A DNA stretch of 56,018 bases from IMG/VR virus record IMGVR_UViG_3300049445_000092, positions 1 to 56,018 of that record; one strand, 5' to 3'. This document shows, in pieces, positions 44,401 through 52,407 of this stretch. The notes beneath the pieces were generated by a model. It saw only the letters and a program-made list of their open reading frames with translations, had not been told where the DNA came from and searched no databases. Position 1 is the first letter of the stretch. Every line of letters starts with the position of its first letter. Source of the stretch: a virus (lineage: Duplodnaviria > Caudoviricetes). The position numbers and the translations under genes were made by a program.

Positions 44401-47400
44401 CTTGCGCCGCTTCGTCGGCCTTCTGGAGGGCCATGAGATCGGCGACCTCGTGCAGCGCGGCGGCGTGGCCGTGCGCCTGCGCGGCCTGCTTGAACGACGA
44501 CTCAGTACCGAGTGCCGCGTGCTGCTCGGCTTTCGCGGTCAGATCGTCGGCGACCATGTGCGTCCCTTCGGCGGTGTATGTGGCATTGACCATGCTCTCT
44601 GCCGCTAGTGATGGGTGGTCGATCTGAGCGACGTTGTGGTAGCCCGCCAGGTAGTCCTCGGGATACGCCTTGGCGAGGTACTCAGGTCCGGGCGGGCGAC
44701 CGGGCATGGCGGGCGCTTCATGGGACGCCTTCTGCGCCGCCGCTTCGTCGGCCTGCTTCACTTCGACCTTCTGGGCCAGCTTGTGCAGAGCGTCGGCCTC
44801 ACCGATCTTCACCGCCGCGTGAGCGTGCTGACCCGCCACGAATGCGTTGTGTGCGTTCTGCTCGGCATTCGTCGCCTGTTCGTGGATGAACTGAGGGGTG
44901 ATCGCTGATCCTGGCAGCAGCTCGGTGTTCACCCCACCGAAACCCGTGGCGTACTCCTCGGGGAAGTGCTCCTTGATGTTGGTCATGGTGACCTCGGCCG
45001 CGGGCGGCGACACGCTGACCTTCTGGGCCTCACCGGAGGGGACGCCCGTCTTCCCGATCTCGTTGGCGACGGTGTAGTGCGCCTTCGCCTGACCGAAAAG
45101 CTTGGCGTGCTCGGCCAGATCACCGGATTCCTTGGCCTTCTTGGCGTTGGCGTAGAGCTTGGATCCGCGCGCCTTCACCTTCACCTTGATCTGGCCCGGT
45201 GTCAGACCGTTGGCGGCGTGGACCTCAGCCATCTTCTTCGCCGCGACCTGGCCCTCCAGGTGGCCCACTTTGAACTTCGTGTAGAGCCCACCACCTGCCT
45301 TGATGTAGGCCGACAGATCGGCGAGACCGACGGCGGCCGTACTGGGAACGGCGGCGGCGGGCGCAGGGACAGCCACAGTGGCCTCTGCGACGACGTGCGG
45401 GGGTTGCTTGGTCTCGACCTTCGGCGCTTCGACCTTGGGCGGGGTCGGCTCGCCCTTCAGCTTCGCCACGATGGCCGGGATCTGGGCCTGGCGCTCCTTC
45501 AGCACCGTCAGCCACGGGGCCGACACGCTCTCGGGGATGCCCGCTGCCTTCCAGCGCTCGGCCACCTTGTTGAGATCGAGCTTCGCCGCGGTCTCCAGGG
45601 ACGCTGCCGCTGTCGGGTCGTTCATGGAGCCGTAGAACTTCTGGCCCTGCCCGCCGTTGCGGATGGACTCGACATCGGTCCACGCCTTGCCCGGAGCGAA
45701 GGACGGCTTGGCGACGCCCGATCCTCGGAACGCCATCGCCCCGCCCTGGTCGATGCGGATGACCTTGCTGCCGTCGTCGGAGAGGGTGAGGTTCGATCCG
45801 CTGGGCCAGTCCCCGGCGAAGTCGTAGTTGCTCGTCAGGGCGTCGATCCCGAATCCCTCACGCATGATCTGCTTGTGCATGTTGCTGTCGGGATTGACCG
45901 GGTTGATGTTGCCGACGGCGTGGCTGGCGACACCGTGGATGCCGCCTGCGTTGTCAGCCTTGACGATGGTGACGTTGGGCGCCAGCGTGTGCGGCAGCAG
46001 TCCGCTGTCCGACGCCTCGTGATACACCTCGTTCGCCGCCACTTCGCTGTAGGCGTGCTCGGCTGACTTGGATTCCTTGATGAGGTAGCGGTCGCCGCTG
46101 CCCTTGTGGGTGTACCAGTTGCCGGGGTTCGATCCCGGCGACTTGGCGCCCTTCTCGTACTCGGCGCTGCTGGCCGACGGGAGATGGGTCGGCGTGTGTT
46201 CGGTGACCGGTGTGACCTCATGGGCCTTGGTGCCGTAGTTCCCGGCCTTGCTGGCGAACTCATGGAGCTTCGCCTGTTCGGCCGCGTGGGTAGTCGCCTC
46301 GGCTTCCTTCTTGGCGTCGGCGTGGATGCTGGCCCCGTGCGCCTGGGCGGCGTACTGCATGGCCTTGTGCAGGTCCCCCGCCTTCTGGGCCTCCTGCGCT
46401 AGCTCGGCGAAATGGTGGGCCGCTTCGGCTGCCTGGTGATGGGTGGCGTCAGCCTTCTCCAGGTCTTTCTCGGCCTTGTCCGCTAGTTCCTGGTACGCCT
46501 TCGGCGAGATCGGGATCCATCCGTGTTTGAAGTCAAACCGCAGCTGGAGCATGTCCTCCAACCAGGCCCGCTTGCCCTGCTGCTTCTTCTTTTTGGCGAG
46601 CAGTTGCTCCCAGTTGAGGTTGGCGTCGGGGTTCGTGTCGGCCTTGTGCGATCCGGTCCACGTCGGCTTCGGCTTCGTCGGCTTGGATGTCGTGGCCTTC
46701 GGTGGCTTGGGCGGCTTCGGATGGCCCTGCTCGGGGCTCGGCGTGGCGACGGGGTTGTGGACGACAGGCTTGACTTCGGGCGCGCTCGGGAAGTTGTGCG
46801 GCTGCGGTGGGGTCGGCGTGCCGCCCTTGTTCAGCCGGTCCATCTCGGCCACGGCGGCGTCGAGCACGTTCAGATCCCGCTGCACGCCGCCGGGGATCGT
46901 CCCCTGCTGGATCCGGTCGCGCGCCTCCTTCGGCGTGAACCACCCGACGGCGTTGGTCTCGCCGTTGGCGATCACCTTGGTGTAGTCGGGCTTCGCCCCG
47001 GCGTCCTGGCTCAGGTAGAAGTAGTTCGCACTCGATGACCCGTAGCCCGGATGGTGCCCGCCTTCGTGGGCGACGCCCTTCTTGTCTGTCCACGGTGCCT
47101 CGTCGTAGGACCCGTCGGCGTGGTGCTGGTTGCCGTGCTTGTCGACGTAAGGCTCTTGGATGTGCGGCGTCTTGAAGGCGCCCTTGAGGTGGCTGACGAT
47201 GCGGGGAACGCGCCCGGTCTCCTCCAGGGCCTCGCGCTGGGCCACGGCGACGTGGGACTCACCGGGATCGGGTCCGCCCTTGGCGAAGGTCCAGTGGTAG
47301 CCGAGGTAGTGGTTCTTCGGCTCGCGCAACAGAACGTGGGTGCCCTCCTTGTTGAAGATCACCGCTCCGTAGCGGGGGTTGTGGCCGATGGGCCATTCCC

Positions 47401-48949
47401 CTTCGGCGTGGAGATCCCGCCCGGCGTAGTGCTTGGAGCGGTCGGGATGGAGTCGCCCCTTCTTCTGGTACGGATGGAGCAGATTCCACTTGGCCCAATC
47501 GCGTTTCTCGAGAAACTCGGCCCGCTGGTTGGCGTGATGCTGGTAGGCGGCGTCGGCGATCTGGTTGAACTCGTCAGGCGTGAGCATCCCGGTGTTGCGG
47601 GCCTGCTCCACTTCGCCCCAGGTGCCGGGCTGGTAGTGCTCCACGGCTTCGATGTCGTTGTAGTCGGCGTCGGCCTGATCGAAGTAGTCGGGCTTGTCGT
47701 AGGTCCGGCTGCCCAGCGACTGGGCCAGCTCGTCCAGGCTGGTCTTGCCCGCCCGGTAGGCGTTGATCTGGTCGGTGATGTCGCTCTGCGGTGGAGTGCC
47801 GTCGTCGGCTCGGTGGGCCAGCTTCCTCGCGCTCCCGGTCTCGTTGATGAGCTTCCCGGCGTAGTTCTCGTTGTCGATGGTCAGCGTCTGGTCGAACCGG
47901 GGCTTCAACTCCTCGAACGCCGCCCGGTTCTTGGTCCGGTACTGCCCCGTCGGATCATTGCCCCCTGTGATGAGCCCTGAGGGCACGAACCGCCCGCCCA
48001 GCCCCTCTCCCTTCGCCAGGCGATTCTGACCGCCCCGGTGGCGCTGGGCCGCGTTCTTGGCGCTCTGGGCCGTCGAGACATCCACGAACGCCCCGGCGAC
48101 GTGGTAGCCGCCCATCTGGGTCGCCGCGTGCAGCGGGTTGATCCGCTTGTCCCCCGACTTCACGCTGTTGAGGGTCACGTCCCAGATGACGTTCTTGCCT
48201 TGGGCCTGGGCGCGCTGGGCCAGATCCTCGGCCAGCTTCGACGCCTCTTCGTGGACGAACGGATTCGCCTCTAAGGGGCTGAGGGCGTCGATCTTCGGGA
48301 TCATCCCCCGCTTCGCCATCTCGCCCTTGATGTCGTCGGGGTTGAGGATGAGGAAGTTCGACGGTTCGCCGACGCCGTGGCCCTTCTCGTCATAGCTGGC
48401 GTACTTGATGCCCAGCTTGTGGGCGACGCTGCCCCGGTGCTTGGCGTTCGTCCGCAGGATCGTGCTCTTCCCGGCGCCGCCGATTCCACCCATGACGATG
48501 GCCCGGCGGTCGTTCGGGACGTTCTTGGCCCGATCCTCCAGCTGCTTCAGGATCTCCTCTTGCTGGGCGCGCCGCGACGGGGTGTAGAGCCCCTCGACGC
48601 CGTTCACCTTGTCTTCGGAGATGTGGGTGCTGAACGGGGAGCGCAGGAGATCCTCGGTGCCGTGGCGGGTCAGCTCGAAGTCGACGTGCTTGCGGTGCTG
48701 GGCGTACTCGGCGTCGGTCATGTCCCGCTTGGCCGTGAAGACCTTGCCGTGGTCCATGGCGTCGGCCTTGGCGTGGAACCCGGCGATCAGATCCTTGTCC
48801 CCGAAGGATCCGGCCTTGTCCCCGAAGCTGGGCCTGGTCGGCTTGCTGACGCTGACGCTGGCGCCTTTGCCCGGCCGACGGCCCTTCTTCTGATAGGGGT
48901 GCTCCAGATTCCACTTGGCCCAGTCCCTGGACGACAGGGTGACCGTCAC
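41408..48949 (-). CDS. Giant polyvalent head-module protein (2513 aa): zeta-toxin-like kinase + NUDIX + PI3/4K/HipA-like kinase + helical repeats + ADP-ribosyltransferase
   Basis: GGIGGAGKST/NPDDIK/WDVTL (zeta-like); KGGPDPGESHVAVAQREALEETG (Nudix box); GSNPG..YLIK..SEVAANEVY..NYD..GSN..RIDQGGAMAFRG (kinase-like); VHR...SWTT...EIE (R-S-E ART). GTG start at 48949 follows the portal stop. Confidence 0.85.
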   Translation of the reverse strand: MTVTLSSRDWAKWNLEHPYQKKGRRPGKGASVSVSKPTRPSFGDKAGSFGDKDLIAGFHAKADAMDHGKVFTAKRDMTDAEYAQHRKHVDFELTRHGTEDLLRSPFSTHISEDKVNGVEGLYTPSRRAQQEEILKQLEDRAKNVPNDRRAIVMGGIGGAGKSTILRTNAKHRGSVAHKLGIKYASYDEKGHGVGEPSNFLILNPDDIKGEMAKRGMIPKIDALSPLEANPFVHEEASKLAEDLAQRAQAQGKNVIWDVTLNSVKSGDKRINPLHAATQMGGYHVAGAFVDVSTAQSAKNAAQRHRGGQNRLAKGEGLGGRFVPSGLITGGNDPTGQYRTKNRAAFEELKPRFDQTLTIDNENYAGKLINETGSARKLAHRADDGTPPQSDITDQINAYRAGKTSLDELAQSLGSRTYDKPDYFDQADADYNDIEAVEHYQPGTWGEVEQARNTGMLTPDEFNQIADAAYQHHANQRAEFLEKRDWAKWNLLHPYQKKGRLHPDRSKHYAGRDLHAEGEWPIGHNPRYGAVIFNKEGTHVLLREPKNHYLGYHWTFAKGGPDPGESHVAVAQREALEETGRVPRIVSHLKGAFKTPHIQEPYVDKHGNQHHADGSYDEAPWTDKKGVAHEGGHHPGYGSSSANYFYLSQDAGAKPDYTKVIANGETNAVGWFTPKEARDRIQQGTIPGGVQRDLNVLDAAVAEMDRLNKGGTPTPPQPHNFPSAPEVKPVVHNPVATPSPEQGHPKPPKPPKATTSKPTKPKPTWTGSHKADTNPDANLNWEQLLAKKKKQQGKRAWLEDMLQLRFDFKHGWIPISPKAYQELADKAEKDLEKADATHHQAAEAAHHFAELAQEAQKAGDLHKAMQYAAQAHGASIHADAKKEAEATTHAAEQAKLHEFASKAGNYGTKAHEVTPVTEHTPTHLPSASSAEYEKGAKSPGSNPGNWYTHKGSGDRYLIKESKSAEHAYSEVAANEVYHEASDSGLLPHTLAPNVTIVKADNAGGIHGVASHAVGNINPVNPDSNMHKQIMREGFGIDALTSNYDFAGDWPSGSNLTLSDDGSKVIRIDQGGAMAFRGSGVAKPSFAPGKAWTDVESIRNGGQGQKFYGSMNDPTAAASLETAAKLDLNKVAERWKAAGIPESVSAPWLTVLKERQAQIPAIVAKLKGEPTPPKVEAPKVETKQPPHVVAEATVAVPAPAAAVPSTAAVGLADLSAYIKAGGGLYTKFKVGHLEGQVAAKKMAEVHAANGLTPGQIKVKVKARGSKLYANAKKAKESGDLAEHAKLFGQAKAHYTVANEIGKTGVPSGEAQKVSVSPPAAEVTMTNIKEHFPEEYATGFGGVNTELLPGSAITPQFIHEQATNAEQNAHNAFVAGQHAHAAVKIGEADALHKLAQKVEVKQADEAAAQKASHEAPAMPGRPPGPEYLAKAYPEDYLAGYHNVAQIDHPSLAAESMVNATYTAEGTHMVADDLTAKAEQHAALGTESSFKQAAQAHGHAAALHEVADLMALQKADEAAQVSVSAPSGPKSELTVQNMGEHYPGQSAVFAGGFDAAQADAATISSQEAESVGQQWYKTAQGAHQKGDWGMAMRSLGKSEGYKAAAAQKKGAPAALSGEPAMPGAFNAEAKQILSTHPAYQDQFKHGQYNINSIIDGTETQQQLANAKEASLETAQGHYEDGDYQGAAFSMGSADAANTALFKKVAEGMGPAPSGSSSFTSPSMVELPNQFPEDYAQGKSNVAPPTMEINSENVHNLANTIMKSAESEFAAGNHAKAAELMGTADQMHLVADKASGKATPSGPSTGGRELSDLKAAAEGPGFSLTEIQQNYDKGKAQALETVSSLTADAATLADLQDLVEHHHHQFEEHAATEVKPYAAAFALGKSHGWAEGVQTMQKQLGVTPSASNVVTMTPIPSTPTFHYEAPKVPAEFAENSGAYLIAHEAAFKQGQEMHAAGKTKQNIKAAASNQGYKKAKTAETPAMKAQYYGTAHGYAAAAKVLPTEPKMVTPKPETVAAAEAVGVPIPMVPAYDYSGVTSSDPYVQGLPGIVKPVAGAWDPQASKSQPTYAEVKIDKNLPKGWEALKQDPAFELPSHDQTAYITAYQNGKATGAKMTLDELATKISTQHEAYMASPVDTTGESHELGLKNGFEQAYEDQAKVQNLSAADQAFMQTKAAFLTEFANGKYNESIPHLGDAGTVKVIGGIESNPHGKTPAGATEESKQAYNEHIGQGYDEAMHLMLTNQASAPDVQAMAEAHISKAQTLETTDIMGNAAHAGLAQGAKRAAVDFNDQNNFAKSSSKSIISTVKVSPSSLEKHTPTTGIKPGAAGFVANTNALQVKHKFNAEELAGIKQFTTYYRHKSSNDFVNELSRIWRQQSKGTNMSSGAVQARAFINAVSTKAIPNKSSVHRFIQSKPGQDWYQHMFFRPDGTPKGPGDTIDMPVDSWTTNPDLGWGGDTVFHAPSGTVTLDIGNFSNSPHEIETVTGGRFVIQKIEKVGGMTHVYVKQDAGGFYARSAR

Positions 48950-48950
48950 G

Positions 48951-51848
48951 TCACTCCCCGCCAGCAACTACCGCGTCACCGACCGCCTGCGCCGCTTCGT
49001 AGGTGGCGCCCGCCTTCAGCGCGGCGAGATGAGCCGCGTTCGCCTGGGTCGCCATCTCGATGATCTTCGTGCTGACGCCCGGCGGCATGTAGGCAACCCC
49101 GCACCTACAGCCAATCGTCAAGTTCGCCGGGGCGCTGGGTTCGCCGGGGTGCATCATCGGGACCGGCGGGTCGGTCGGTGGTCCGACGGTGAACGGCATG
49201 TTGACGGCGCGCTCCTGGCGGTCGACTTCGACATGGCTCGGACGGGTCCGCTGGTCGTGGTGGGACAACCACACCTTCGAGCCGACAACGTCGGGAGGCA
49301 ACGTGCTGGCGTAGGCGTAGGCGGCACCGTTGAGCCCGCTGATCGCCTCGGTCTGGGCGATGGTGCGGGCCCGCGTCCGGGCCATGCCGAAGACGTTCTG
49401 GATCGCCGTCGCTAGCTTCTCCCGGCTGTCGCCCGCCACGACGCCCTTCGCTAGCGCCTGCTGGATCTGGTCGTAGATGGTGGCGGTGATCTGGGGACTG
49501 GTCTGGTTGGCCCGGCTGGTGATGTAGTCCTTCGCCGCCGCGATGGAGTTGTTCACCTCGATGGTCGGGTGGCCCAGCTGGCCGTGGACCGTGGTCGCCG
49601 CCAACCCGGCTGCGGCGCTGTAGCTCGGCGTGAGGGCCACGGCGGTCTGTCCGGTCCAGTGCCCCTGGTCGTAGATCGCAGCGGCTGAGGGAGGGATCTG
49701 GGCGGCTCCTGAAGCATCCGGGGGTGGTGGAGCAGCCCGGCGTCGCATCTGGGCGCCCCGCTTGCCGTTGAAGCGGGCCAAGGTCTCGCGCTCCTGGCGG
49801 GTGAACAGATCGGTGAGGGTCTGCTCCATCGGCCCGGCGACAGCGTCCACGTTCGCCAGGTGTGCCGTGCTGGCGCCCAGCAGGTGCTTGACGCTGGTGA
49901 ACTTGCTGGCGCGGAGCTTCGTGTCCGGGTTCGTGTGGAATCCGCTCTTGGCCTGGAGCGCCGCCCGGTGGATCTCGGCTGTGATCGGCTGGCCGCAGGC
50001 GTCGCAGTGATCGAGGTCGCTGCCCTGGAACAGATGCGGCTTCTTGGGCTTCGACAACGAACCGGGCTCGCCGATCTTCGGCAGCAGGGCCTGGATGCCG
50101 GGATCGGACTCGGTGACGCCCATGTCCTGGCGCTTCGACCCGTGGGACGCCTTGGCCTTGGCCTCGAACTCCGCGACGGCCGCGGCATATTTGGCTGCGG
50201 TGTCGGCGTGGACGCGCCCGCCGCCCGGATTGCGCCCGCTGGCGAAGATCTTGGCGATGGCGACGGCGTTGGCGATGGCGCTGGACTCGTCGTGGCCCTT
50301 CCTGACCATGGCGTGGGCCACGTCGCGGATGGGGAGCGGCAGACCGCCCGCCTTGGTGACCCAGTTCTTGCCCTTCCCGAAGGAGCTGTAGTCGTGGCGC
50401 TCCTCGGAACGCACGTCGATGGCCTGGCTGCGTCGGATCAGCTCACGCGCCAGCTGGACGCCCGGCAGCTCGGAGCGCGCCCCGCCCGCGGCAGCCGGGG
50501 TGGACGCCCCGATGTGGCTGGACTCGATGCCGACGCCCACGGTGCTGGTATCGGCGGGGCTCGTTCCCTTGCCCACGGTGGCGGTGTCGATGGCCGCGGC
50601 TCCGGGTTGCAGGCCCAGCAGGGCACCGATCTCCTGGGGGTTCTCGATCCCGTACTCGATGAGGTCGGCCACCGTCGGCGGCGTGATCGGGTTGGCCGGG
50701 CGCAGGGCGGCGACCTCGGACAGGTCGAACCAGCCGACTTCCCGGCCCAGCGTCGGGGCCAGGATCGTGTTGATCTGGCTCTCCAGCTCACGAATGAGAG
50801 GGAGCAGGGTGATGGTCCAGAAATTCCTGAACTCGCTGTCGGCGTTGGCGTAGGTGCGCTGGCTGGCGTTGCCGATCAGAGACATCGGGACACCGAGGGC
50901 GATGGTGATGTCGATCTTGGCCTGCTGGTTGATCTCGACCGTCTTGCCGTCGACCGCGTTCACGGCGAGCGGGGTGACCTGGATGGCGTCGCTGATCTTC
51001 GCCCCGGCGGGCACGTCGGCCTCGGTGAAGATCGTCCGGCCTGCGTTGTTGACGCCCGTGAAGAGCTGGAGGAACTGCTCCTCCCAGGCCCGCTTCTGGT
51101 CGGCGTCGGCGAATCTGGGATGGGTGACCATCGTCGCCCCGACCATGCCCCGCTTGATGAGGTTGGCCTGGTAGCGGTCCAGGCTGACTTGCACGTCCAC
51201 GATGTCCATGGCCGCTTGCAGGACGCTGATCGGCTGGCGCCAGTCCTCGGGTGAGGGGCGCCAGAAATAGGCGATCTGGTCGTTGCGGTAGCTCAGGTCG
51301 CCCTGCGGCGTGCGGTAGATGAAGCCGTCGAACCACTCCTGGGATCCGGCCCCGGTCGGCTTGGGCAGCAGGGCCTTGGACACCAGCGGCCACAGGCTGA
51401 CGATCTCGCTCGTCCGGTTGCCCGTCCGCTGGGTCTCCATCGCCATGCGCCCGTTCACGACGTACTGGATGATCTGCCAGCGCCAGAACGTGGCCGAGTC
51501 GGTGGTCGGGTTGGGGCCGCCCGGCGCCTGCGGTGTCGTCGGCCCCAGCAGCGTCGCCAGTTTGCAGAGCGGATCGGTCTGGCCCGGCATGGTGGGATCC
51601 ATCCCGGCTCGGAACGGCAGCCCGGCGATGACGCTGGCGATGGTGTCGACGCAGCGCATGACGTAGATCGACCGCTTGTACGCCTGCATGGTCTCGCCGT
51701 TGAGACCGAGATCGAAGTAGAGCGGCTGACCAGGCGCTGTAAAGGCGAGGGGTTGGGTCGACGCCAGGGCCTTGGATCCGCCGCTCCCCGCTGGCTTCAG
51801 ATTCCCGATAGCCGCCTTGATGGCTCGGGTCTGGAGATCGCTCGCCAC
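48951..51848 (-). CDS. Portal protein fused to MuF (SPP1 gp7-like) head morphogenesis domain
   Basis: N-terminal HK97-type portal (IALGVPMSLIG...TYANA....FW..TL.P); C-terminal RARTIAQTE...KVWLS..D.RTRPSH...PF.VG...HPG.P...GCRC. Confidence 0.9.
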   Translation of the reverse strand: MASDLQTRAIKAAIGNLKPAGSGGSKALASTQPLAFTAPGQPLYFDLGLNGETMQAYKRSIYVMRCVDTIASVIAGLPFRAGMDPTMPGQTDPLCKLATLLGPTTPQAPGGPNPTTDSATFWRWQIIQYVVNGRMAMETQRTGNRTSEIVSLWPLVSKALLPKPTGAGSQEWFDGFIYRTPQGDLSYRNDQIAYFWRPSPEDWRQPISVLQAAMDIVDVQVSLDRYQANLIKRGMVGATMVTHPRFADADQKRAWEEQFLQLFTGVNNAGRTIFTEADVPAGAKISDAIQVTPLAVNAVDGKTVEINQQAKIDITIALGVPMSLIGNASQRTYANADSEFRNFWTITLLPLIRELESQINTILAPTLGREVGWFDLSEVAALRPANPITPPTVADLIEYGIENPQEIGALLGLQPGAAAIDTATVGKGTSPADTSTVGVGIESSHIGASTPAAAGGARSELPGVQLARELIRRSQAIDVRSEERHDYSSFGKGKNWVTKAGGLPLPIRDVAHAMVRKGHDESSAIANAVAIAKIFASGRNPGGGRVHADTAAKYAAAVAEFEAKAKASHGSKRQDMGVTESDPGIQALLPKIGEPGSLSKPKKPHLFQGSDLDHCDACGQPITAEIHRAALQAKSGFHTNPDTKLRASKFTSVKHLLGASTAHLANVDAVAGPMEQTLTDLFTRQERETLARFNGKRGAQMRRRAAPPPPDASGAAQIPPSAAAIYDQGHWTGQTAVALTPSYSAAAGLAATTVHGQLGHPTIEVNNSIAAAKDYITSRANQTSPQITATIYDQIQQALAKGVVAGDSREKLATAIQNVFGMARTRARTIAQTEAISGLNGAAYAYASTLPPDVVGSKVWLSHHDQRTRPSHVEVDRQERAVNMPFTVGPPTDPPVPMMHPGEPSAPANLTIGCRCGVAYMPPGVSTKIIEMATQANAAHLAALKAGATYEAAQAVGDAVVAGGE

Positions 51849-51850
51849 CG

Positions 51851-52060
51851 CTACTCGGAGCGCAGCTCGGCCACCTTGGTACCGAGAGTGGCGATCTCGT
51901 CCTCGGTCATGGCAGCCATGGTGGTCGGCAGGTCACGCATGGCCTCAAGGTAACCCTCATCATGGGCCTTCTTGCTTGATCCCCGACTGGACCAGAGGGC
52001 CAGCCCGCCGCCCGCCAATGCGGTCAGCACGCAGGACAGGACCCATGCCGCCGCGGTCAT
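51851..52060 (-). CDS. Small membrane-anchored protein
   Basis: N-terminal TM segment; ATGA overlap. Confidence 0.5.
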   Translation of the reverse strand: MTAAAWVLSCVLTALAGGGLALWSSRGSSKKAHDEGYLEAMRDLPTTMAAMTEDEIATLGTKVAELRSE

Positions 52061-52335
52061 CCGTACTTCTCCCCGAAGACGCCCGATCTCGACGCCAGTC
52101 GGCCGGGCACGACGCGATCGGCCTTCGGCGGGTGCTTGGGCCGGGCGGATTCCCTCAGCTCACCGCAGATGAAGTCGTAGCGCTCACGGTCGAAGGCCAG
52201 TTGCACGTCCAGTTCGTGCTTCGCCATCCGCAGTGCGTCATCCAGGGGCTGGCGGGTCAGGTAGCGGAAGAACTCCTCCATGACGCCATAGTGGCGCATT
52301 AGCTTCTTGCGCTCAGTCGGGCTGTGGAGGGCCAC
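52057..52335 (-). CDS. Hypothetical protein
   Basis: Fills the gap between terL and portal. Confidence 0.5.
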   Translation of the reverse strand: MALHSPTERKKLMRHYGVMEEFFRYLTRQPLDDALRMAKHELDVQLAFDRERYDFICGELRESARPKHPPKADRVVPGRLASRSGVFGEKYG

Positions 52336-52407
52336 CGAGTACCTCTTCGATGAAGGCGTCCCACTTCTGGTCGTAGATGGCGTTCAGGCGCCGGGCGATG
52401 TAGTCGA

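Noticed and set aside
47453-48928. Duplicated tag as a diversity-generating retroelement TR/VR pair
   Set aside because: Only 51 nt, differences are mostly synonymous and not adenine-specific, and no reverse transcriptase is present
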